Origin: Perkinsus olseni
Taxonomy: Eukaryota
Direction: 5' to 3'
DNA: 40,549 bases
Assembly: GCA_013115125.1 (NCBI GenBank)
Contig: JABANN010000312.1
Span: 1-40,549, forward strand
Shown here: one piece after another, positions 24,561 through 33,199 of the stretch
Layout: each line of letters opens with the position of its first letter
Numbering within the stretch: the stretch's first letter is position 1
Notes under the pieces: model-generated
The model's database searches: none
Seen by the model: the letters and a program-made list of their open reading frames with translations, nothing else
What the model was told of the DNA's origin: nothing
Translations under genes and position numbers: made by a program

Positions 24561-24757
24561 TTCTAGTCCGCCTGTTCTTCAATGCAGATGGTCGTATTCG
24601 CCTATCCGCCATAGTATGGGGTTTATCCTTGAACATCCATATTGCCTTACCATGGCTAGGTAGAGGTCCATCAGTCAGACATCGGACATCGACAGGCCGT
24701 AAGAAGGCCACATGTCGAGTGGATGGTAATAAGGTCATGTAAAGAGCCTCAACTGAA
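24561..24757 (-). pseudogene. Partial third copy of gene X (one exon plus flanking intron)
   Basis: Near-identical to 21620-21812 and 25925-26046 (HGKAIWMFKDKPHTMADRRIRPS). Confidence 0.85.
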
Positions 24758-25292
24758 ATGTAGCCGAAGTGAACTCACCTATAATAGAATCTCTGTCGGA
24801 CATCGAGGCACATACCCAGGCGTCAACCACCTTGGAATGGGTTACATACATTCGGCCACAGAGGGCGTGAAGATCACCAGGTTCGGGTTTGGGCTCGGAT
24901 CCGGAACTCTACGAAGCGGAAACGCATCGAACCCGGGACGATAGGAAAGCGAAGTCTTTTTTTCAGACTGCGACACCGAGCTGCCCGATCAATGAGACTG
25001 CCATGACCCCGCAGCGCCCTTTCGACTACAACCCAGGTAGAAGGAGCTATTGGAAACACCTAACGACTTAGCCAGAAGTTAGTCATGTCATACAGTATCG
25101 AACATTACGATCTACAGAGAACGGAGAACAGCCAGCGGACCCCAGGTACCACCTAGACGTATCATCGAATAGCTTCACTCGCCCCTGGTGGAGGCATGCC
25201 AGTGGTCAGTCTTAGCGTCTGGGTATCGCCGAGCAGCTTCGCTCCGCCAATAGTTGAGGACATCTTTGACGGTTTGTTGAATCTCATTGGCT
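24746..25292 (-). pseudogene. Diverged duplicate of the 3' end of the STELLO-SDR gene and its downstream DNA
   Basis: Aligns to 26068-26590. Encodes ANEIQQTVKDVLNYWRSEAARRYPDAKTDHWHASTRGE*, versus ...EVARRYPDAMTDHWYPSTKGE* in the intact gene. Confidence 0.85.
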
Positions 25293-26046
25293 GGTCTTAC
25301 TGAGCGTCTCACCAGGTTGTAGACCGGCAATCACTGGCGAGTCTCTATCATACGCCGGACCCATCTCTTTAGCCTGTACATAGGAATGTGCAAGCCATTG
25401 GAAAGTGGACGACCTCACTTTGTCCGGAGTCATGGACTGTGGCTGTGCGCAGAAGAGGACTCTCTTGTCGTTCATCCGATACTCCTTGAACCATCCCTTG
25501 TCGGATGATGTCGAGAAGCCCTCACCTGGCAAGCAGCCAGCTGAAGCAGCCAAGATCGAATCAATGATACCCCCGCCCACCTGTCACCACTATGCCGGGG
25601 AACGCTCGTTGGAGGGCATTCCGCAAAGTAAAGTAGACGTCGGTTTCTGCGACAGAACATCGTCATCAGGCGCCGAGCAGGGATGCCCCCATCCGACTGA
25701 CCAGTAAATGGCTCGTATACGATATGAATCTTCGTATTGGACTTGTCCGTTGTGGGGTTGTTGAAATCGGTCTGGTAGAACGTCTTGGAGAAGTACTTCG
25801 TACTATAGTACGGCCAACTGAGTAATGATGAATACTAGGTGACGACCAGGCACTGTCCAAGCCAGGCCAACAACTTCAGTCACTTCCGCGTCATGCGGGA
25901 TCTCAAGTGAGTGACTTACTTCTTCCTAGTCGACCTGTTCTTCAATGTAGATGGTCGTATTCGCCTATCCGCCATAGTATGGGGTTTATCCTTGAACATC
26001 CACACCGCCTTACCATGGCTAGGTAGAGGTCCATCAGTCAGACAGC
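25283..26046 (-). pseudogene. Second, terminally truncated copy of gene X
   Basis: Colinear with 20992-21738, including introns. The 3' end is joined to the SDR duplicate at tctcattgg; the 5' end breaks next to the palindrome atatgcgcatat (26049-26060). Confidence 0.85.
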
Positions 26047-26469
26047 AATATGCGCATATGAGAAAGCTCAACTAAGACGTAGCAGAAGTGAACTCATCTC
26101 CAATAGATTCTCTGGAGGGCACCGGCCACACACTCAGGCGGAGGTAACCTCGAAAGTGTTGCATACATTCGGTCAGAAGGGGCGAGGAGATTACCAGGTT
26201 CGGGCTCGGTACACTATAAAACAACGTCGAATCGAACCCGGGTCGACAGGGAGGCAAATGCTCTAACAAACCGTGACGCCAAGATGACCGTTCGATGCGA
26301 CTACCATCGTCACCTTTCCGACTAGAACTCGGGCAGAACAGCATATTGGAAACACCAAGAGACTTGGCCAGCAGTTAGTCATGCCATACCGTACCGAGCA
26401 TTATGATCAACAGGGTACGAAGAACAGCCACCGGACCCATCTGTCATCCACAGGTATCATCGGGCAACG

Positions 26470-29400
26470 TCACTCGCCCTTCGTGGAGGGATACCAGTGA
26501 TCAGTCATAGCGTCGGGGTATCGTCGAGCAACTTCGCTCCGCCAGTAGTTGAGGACATCTTTGACGGTTTGTTGAATCTCATTGGCTGGCATCCATCCCG
26601 TTAGGTTGCGCAACTGACAGCATGATACCATCAAAGGGCAGTAGGCGCTGTCATGTCTACCTTGGCGTTGTCAGCGATGAGTACAGCTTCATCATAGGCC
26701 CGCATTCTACTCTCATCCTGCCTCAGCTCAATGCGTGGCCCTATAGGAGACTCAGCCAGCACCAGACGGAGGAGTTGTTCGGTGGACAGGACCTAGCGGG
26801 GAGGATGTGAGGATTAACGCCCTTCCCGTTGTCGAACCCCATTGTGCCGACTAGAATCGAACTCCGCAATCTGATCATCGATCCCTTGTCCCTCTCTTTC
26901 AGCAGCGGCGACTGCCTCGGCCACGTAGCTGCCCACGTTATACACCTCTCCCGGAGCGGAAGTCTCCAGGACCTGCAGGATGACCCCAGCACAGGGGATG
27001 GGATCAACTAGGGATGCACTTTGATGAGCTGCGTGGCCGAGTCCCGAACATCAGTTGTGTCTCGACGTGTCTTCAATGCACCATGCCTGGCCGCGGGACA
27101 GTTCCCACTCCGATAAAACTAGCTGGACGTGCCGACCTTATCACGGGCTCCTGCTTCCCGCCCTCGATCATGGCAACTTGACGGGAGAACTCCTGCAGGG
27201 CCAATGCCTCGGTCCCACCAGGCGAGACGTGGATGAAGAGCCGAACAGCTACGCAATGGGTTCCTGAGGGTGACGGAGCCGACCACATGAAGGGGCGGAG
27301 CCCGAAAGCCTCCCACCGTGGGCCTTGTGCTGCTGAAGGCATATCATCTCAGTAGCCGCCTTACTGACACCATAGGGAGACACCGGTCCCATCGGTGCCG
27401 ACTCGGGAATAGGTCGTCCGATGTAGTCCGGGCTATCCGATGTACCTAGAGAAGAATTATCCACAGGCCACCATCAATGGCTGTGGTACTCCCATAGACA
27501 GTGCTGCTGCTTGCCACTAACACCCGTGCACCCATACCCCGGAGGGCCTGCATGACATTAGAAGTCCCCTCGACCTGAACCAACTACCGGTAACCAGCTG
27601 CAGGCCATTCCCTCGATGCTTCTACGTTAGACTTGTAGGTGAGAGTCTCGGACTGGAAGGATACCCCATTGATGGCTTGAGCGGCGAAGTGGAATACCGT
27701 GTGGGGGCGGACCTCTGCTGAGGGCAATCGTGTAGGACGGCATCCGCCGCCACTGACCCCGGATGATGTCCTGTATGCGCTGTGCATCGGTGAGGTCTCC
27801 ATAGGTGAGTTTGATATCCTCCAGCACCCCGGCCAGATTACCGAGATTGGCGCGGTACCGCACCAACCCGAACACAGCATAGTGAGGTCCTTTCACGTCC
27901 TCGGAGTTGGAGAGCCCCACCTGTGATCAGACCTGCTATCATTACTACAAACTCAGGCCATACCAAAGCCTTAGCGATGTTGGAGCCGATCATGCCGTTG
28001 ATGCCTGTTATCCACACACGGACGACCCGTCGTGAGGTGCCTGGTGTGGCCACCGTCGGTGGTGTGTAATAGAGAATGTACGCTCACTGTTGAGAACCCC
28101 AGCAAGCGAAGGCACTCCTTGAGGGGGCACTGCCTTGTGGCCGTTCCCATTAGCCATAGCAGCATCAGCCCAGCTGCGAGAATCCCCAGTGGCAGATGAT
28201 GCTACCCTTGGCCATCGATACCTGGACCGCAATTACAGTCTTATACCTGCCTACCGCTCTAGCGGCTACGTACCCCAAAGATATGAGGGCCTCGATCCAC
28301 CGCTGCACATGGTTGACCTGAACACAAGCAGTAATGCTCCTTGGTCACGACATCGACTGGCGCTATCGTTCGCAGTGAGCCGCCTATGATGATGGAGGAG
28401 AGGACTTGGGATCACCGCATACTGACCTCATCCTCTTCTACGAAGCCCCTGCGGTATAATTCTACGTAGACCTCCTCAAGGCGAGCAGGTAGAGTGCCTG
28501 GTAGAGGTATAGCACAGGACACCCACCACACAGACTACCGCTAGTGGGCACCCATTCCGCCAAGAACTTCATCATAGCCTCTGACTTCTTATAAACCTAA
28601 CGATGGCCCTGCGGGGCCGCCCAGCAAGGAGCATTACATCATCCTCCGCGATAAAGTCAGCAAGATAATCATGAGAGTTTCTGAGCTGCCTCACCCAAGT
28701 ACGGCCTGCCACGGCCACCGAGGCCCCTAGGTCCCAGAGGAGCCTTTGCAGGACCTAAGCAAGTCGTCATCATCATCATCATCAGCAGTAGGGAAGCCCT
28801 GGCGACATACGAAACTCCGCCATATATCACTAACACGTCCGTGGACCTGAGGGGCCCATCACTACCAACGGAGACTCCGAGGTGGGTTACTGTAACAGGG
28901 AGGTAGAGTCCCCATAGAGCATCATAGTCTCTAAAGAGGCATGCTTGTGCGTTGAGAGGCGTGAAGGCTGGAGGGTTCAGGAGGAAAGCTGACGTAGTGA
29001 GCTGGTGGAAATCCACCGGCAGGGGACCTGGCCCCGACAGCATGCTCAGCCACGCGGACCACAGCAGACGCACGGGTTAACCGGTAGATAGCGTCGAAGT
29101 CAGGATCATGATCGGCCAGTGTCTGGACGACAGCCACCTTCCGCGCCCATGTATCTGACCATGGGCCTGCTGCCCAGACTAAGTTCGGACCACCTTTCGA
29201 AGTGGGCTCTGTTATCGTAGTTGAGCGCTGGCGACGGATGTATCGTAGTGGAAAGCCTCTAGGCCACAGGACTTCCTGCGGGTGGACATTGGCTATGTCC
29301 ATACCTGATTGCCGGCAACAAGAGCCTCGGGTAGATCACGGAACGACTACTAATGAGACTAGGCCCTACTACTACGGCTACTATTGGCAATACTACTATA

Positions 29401-31032
29401 AGGATTGAAGACGCTTGGGACCGCGGATGTAGCAGAGACGGTTGTGGGCACTTTGTCAGGGCAACCTGCTCGAAGATGGTACCAAAGTTTCGTCACGACG
29501 ACCTTACAGTCGCCGTTAAAGACGCCATTGGTGATATCCTCGACACTATCGGTGTAGATGATGTTATCGTCGTCTAGATCGAGAATTTTCTCAGCTCCAT
29601 GGACGAGGGCGTATCTTTAGGTACACCACGACATTCATAGTGAGCAAAGATAACTTCCAAAGAGCTCTACAAATAAGCTATGTTCTTCCGTCCAAAGTGC
29701 TTCCACGGCAGCTCCTCCTGACATTTGCTATCACTCCCTCTCCTCAGGTCAACTCCCCACCGCAAAGGCGCCTCCAATGGCCACTTGGTCCTCATCATTG
29801 AGGAAGACAGCCCTCGAGGCCGCAACGTGTTTCTTGAGCTCAGGCCAGAGCTCTCTAGGTCCCTTCTTGTCCCCGGCCACGACCATACACCTACTAGTGA
29901 TATCAGACTCCCCCTGGCACTCCGCTGTGTACCAATTCCCTGTGATCAACATCACATCAGCAGCAACTCTGGGGCCATCGGGCAAATCCTCGGAAATAGT
30001 CGTGATGGCTATCCAATTCGAACCTGAAGGCGAAGTCCGTGCGTGGCAAATGGAGCGACGGGTAACACTGTGCACAGCAAATCGACATACTCGCAGAGAA
30101 AGGCTACTCACAGCAAGGCTCTCCACCACTGCACTTTGACCCTATGGTCCCATTCTTCGGTGCTCCCTCGTCCGAGACGGATCTGGTGGAAGCCACTTGC
30201 CCCTCCCCCCTGTGTAATCTACTACCCATCAAATATTCTTCTGCCCGTGAACTCGCGTTTGATATCCTCAGTGAAGAGTCTCCCACTGACTCCTTCCAAG
30301 GATGGAGATTTCCCGCTGCCATGGTCACCAGCTAGCTTCGCTTCAAGCTCTACAATTCTCGCTTTCAACGAGTCGATCTCGTTCGGGGCGGGCGCGGGGT
30401 ACTAAACGCCATTCCGCTTCGGTTGCCCGTATCACCCAGTAGTACCGTAAGATCCTCATCTCCTATTAGTGCTTCTCTGGCAAGAGAGTAAATGTCCTCA
30501 CCATCTCCATCATCACTGTTACTGACCACTTCCAAGAAGGCTACAGTTGAAAGTATGCCTGCCGCGGTAAGTGTAGAGTAAATGCTTTCTCGAGTAGCTC
30601 CCCAGTGCGTTGTAAAATCCCAATCGAGATGCCGCAGCAAACCGGTATTCGAACTCAGTATCCATTTTACCAACCGGGAGTGGTCCCGGGATCGATTCCC
30701 AGAGTCGTCATCGGTTTACTGAACAACTATTGTTGACGAGAAATCCCGATTTCGGGGTGGCGGAGGGTCCGAGTAGAATGGAGGAGGGTGAGCTTGACTA
30801 CGAATCATGCATAGGGTGAGGCCAGCGGCCACTACGCCAGTGCCCATCGTACTGAGGATAATGGCCTGGCCTCTGTCTGTAACACTCCTCTTGAACGACA
30901 GGACGAACATTTTGAATGGTTGTGAATATACCCGAGGCTGCTGTCCACTGTGTCCCTTCCCTCATTACCGATTAATGTAATGATTGCCGATGATGCTATT
31001 ATCATGATATGTCGATTTGACAGAAGGGCCAT
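26470..31032 (-). CDS. Putative membrane-anchored fusion: STELLO/DUF288 glycosyltransferase-like domain + extended-SDR GDP-mannose dehydratase/reductase-like domain
   Basis: N-terminal anchor MALLSNRHIMIIASSAIITLIG. DUF288 motifs: WIAITT, MVVAGDKKGP, LPWKHFGRKNIAYL, DDDN, WPRGFPL, QTLADHDPDFDAIYRLT, FTPLNAQ, LWGLYLPVTV, RWIEALISLGY. SDR motifs: VWITGINGMIGS, VFHFAAQA, VASSSTVYG, SPYGVSK, VRLFIHVSP, DESRMRAYDEAVLIADNAK|LRNLTGW. A 47-nt intron (28041-28087) joins the domains in frame. Stop at 26470-26472. Confidence 0.8.
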
Positions 31033-31138
31033 GGAGTGAAGAAGACCACAACTACGCCCCGCCACCAGCGACAGATTCCAGGGCGGGCGCGCTGGTGATC
31101 GTTCCGCCGCCCCGAGATGGCCAGGGGGCGGAAGAAAT

Positions 31139-31404
31139 GGGTAATTCCCAAAATCCAAGGGAAAGGTACAAAATCCAAGGAGGCACTTTCGGGGATCGTG
31201 TTGCCCACGGTAATAGTTCCGGTTTCTGGTTGCCCTGGGTAACAGTTTCGGGATCGGGTTGCCCTGTCGGGTTTCGGGAGGGGTTTCTGGTTTCCTGTTC
31301 CTGCCTTCACCCGCAGTTCAGGGTTTTTTTCTGTTGATTTTGCCTCCCTGCCGCACGCGCTTCCTTGGATTTTGTACCTTTCCCTTGGATTTTGTACTTC
31401 ACCC
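31139..31404. mobile_element. 266-bp MITE, Mutator (MULE)-type
   Basis: ~43-bp TIRs beginning GGGT, with a perfect 33-bp core (caaaatccaagggaaaggtacaaaatccaagga at 31149-31181; reverse complement at 31362-31394). Flanked by a 10-bp direct repeat cggaagaaat (31129-31138, 31405-31414). TSDs of 9-11 bp and G-initial TIRs are typical of MULEs. Confidence 0.9.
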
Positions 31405-31550
31405 CGGAAGAAATGTAGGGCAAGCGCATAGAAGGTTGTAGAAAGAGCTAGATGCTATCGGGGAGGGTGTGAGGTGTATTTCTGAGCGCAATAGGAATCA
31501 AGACATCGGAGTTCAGCTCAGTTTTGTTGTCGAGTGTTGACAGTGCTGTA

Positions 31551-32963
31551 ATGCCTCGCTCTCCCTCCGTCTTCCTTTTGTCAGTGGTGCTGATCATCCT
31601 ACCACACCCTGCGATACTCACAGCACAGCCCGACACGGCAGTGGTTCTTATAGAAGGTTCTAACGGCAATCCAGTCGGTATAGGAGATGCTTTCTACCGG
31701 CACCGGAATGTACTCGGGCAGTTGGGGTATCCACAGGAAAGACTTGACCGATTAGCAATGTGCTTCAGAGTATCTAAGGAATCTACCGCAATAGAGAACT
31801 TGGGAACTATCGGGGCCCAAATAGTCCACGGTGGAGGTCCGGACTGCCCAGCGTCGGTTGTAGAGATTTGTGCATTGGTCGAGGACATAACACCGTATGT
31901 AGACTACAGGGAGCTCTCCTGCACAGATGGATCGCAGCTGAGTTCGCCCGCACTGAGCACAGGTAGGGCGGATGGATCGGTCACTGCTGGAGCGATCCTG
32001 AGAGCACACCAAAATGTGTTGAGGTATCCTCCTAACGACCCTTTATTCCCACGACAGAAGAGATTTTTCCAAGCCCTGCGTATTGAGGAGACTTGGGAGG
32101 CGGTGCGGCAATCGGGCCTCCCGCGGAAGGATGTCATCGTGAGCTTAGTAGATGATGGTGTACCCGGTGGACATCCCGAACTCAAGGGTAAGCTGCTGAA
32201 GGGATACGACGTTGGTGGCGCCAAAAATAAGTCTCTATTGGTTAAAAGTGGTCACGGCACGGCGATGGCCGGTATCATCGCCGCGAACATCAATAATGGG
32301 ATAGGTATCGCTGGCATCGCTGACAAAGTCAAACTGCGTCCGATAGATGACGTGAACCCCATAACGGGTAAGGCCACTCTGTCCATGACAATGCGAGCGT
32401 TGGAAGCGACCCTTCGTTTCAAAAAGAACGACGTTATACTCTTCGCTGCTGGATATCCGTATGGACAGAAAACTGCCTTGTTATTTAAGCGCGTACTGGA
32501 AAAAGCTGTGAAGAAGGGCATACTATTCCTCACGGCCGTTTCCAACAAAGACGATGCGGATGGCATGGAAGAGTTGCTCTTGCCGTGCTCATTAGCGAAT
32601 GGTATCCCGGGGGTCCTCTGCATCGCGGCAACCACTGCGAAAAATCCTTTCGTCCTCTCGCGCAACAGCTCGCGGCTTGCCAGTTTTGGAGCACCCGGCA
32701 CGGATGTCTGGCTGCCAACACGGAAACGTGACGGAGACGACTGGATATATAAGAATCGCAAGGGCGCATCTGCTGCCGCAGCAGCTGTTGCTGGTATAGT
32801 CGCTCTGATGAAGAGTTTCAAGAATTTCAAACCGAGGGATGTCGAGAGGATACTTCTAAATTGTACTGAGGGTAGAGTCAGAACTGAAAATGGAGCAGAG
32901 ATGTTCTACGGTGTTCTCCGACCTGATCTTGCAGTCAGTCAAGCAATAGCCGAAGCTCGATGA
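31551..32963 (+). CDS. Secreted subtilisin-like serine protease (S8), intronless
   Basis: Signal peptide MPRSPSVFLLSVVLIILPHPAILTA and a prodomain, then PNDPLF. Catalytic Asp VSLVDDG, His GHGTAMAGII, oxyanion Asn AVSN, Ser GASAAAAAVAG. Confidence 0.92.
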   Translation: MPRSPSVFLLSVVLIILPHPAILTAQPDTAVVLIEGSNGNPVGIGDAFYRHRNVLGQLGYPQERLDRLAMCFRVSKESTAIENLGTIGAQIVHGGGPDCPASVVEICALVEDITPYVDYRELSCTDGSQLSSPALSTGRADGSVTAGAILRAHQNVLRYPPNDPLFPRQKRFFQALRIEETWEAVRQSGLPRKDVIVSLVDDGVPGGHPELKGKLLKGYDVGGAKNKSLLVKSGHGTAMAGIIAANINNGIGIAGIADKVKLRPIDDVNPITGKATLSMTMRALEATLRFKKNDVILFAAGYPYGQKTALLFKRVLEKAVKKGILFLTAVSNKDDADGMEELLLPCSLANGIPGVLCIAATTAKNPFVLSRNSSRLASFGAPGTDVWLPTRKRDGDDWIYKNRKGASAAAAAVAGIVALMKSFKNFKPRDVERILLNCTEGRVRTENGAEMFYGVLRPDLAVSQAIAEAR

Positions 32964-33199
32964 GGGTTGGCCTTCTAGATTATATTTATGCGCGGCCCAC
33001 CAAAGGTACCTGTTCAAGATGGCCCGGGGTTTAGGGTGTCCTACCTTCTGTCGTGTGGAAGCTCACGTGAATAATACTTATAATAAATGCTGTGATCCGT
33101 GTCGCTGTGAGGAGCCTCTCTCGTTGTTGAGTTGTAGATGGGGTCAGACAGGCACGGTGTTCTATTCAAGGTTTCTCCAATAGCAGTTAGTAGAGTGTC

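Noticed and set aside
20992-26046. Three-copy repeat first taken for a transposon or LTR
   Set aside because: The copies contain spliceosomal introns and in-frame exons, with no TIR, LTR or TSD. They are duplicated gene pieces.
26220-26285. tRNA-like box B (gacccgggttcgattc on the minus strand)
   Set aside because: No acceptor stem or cloverleaf can be built. The duplicate near 24925 keeps only cccgggttcgat, which also reads as PGFD codons.
32252-32830. 192-aa minus-strand ORF
   Set aside because: Antisense shadow of the subtilisin gene.
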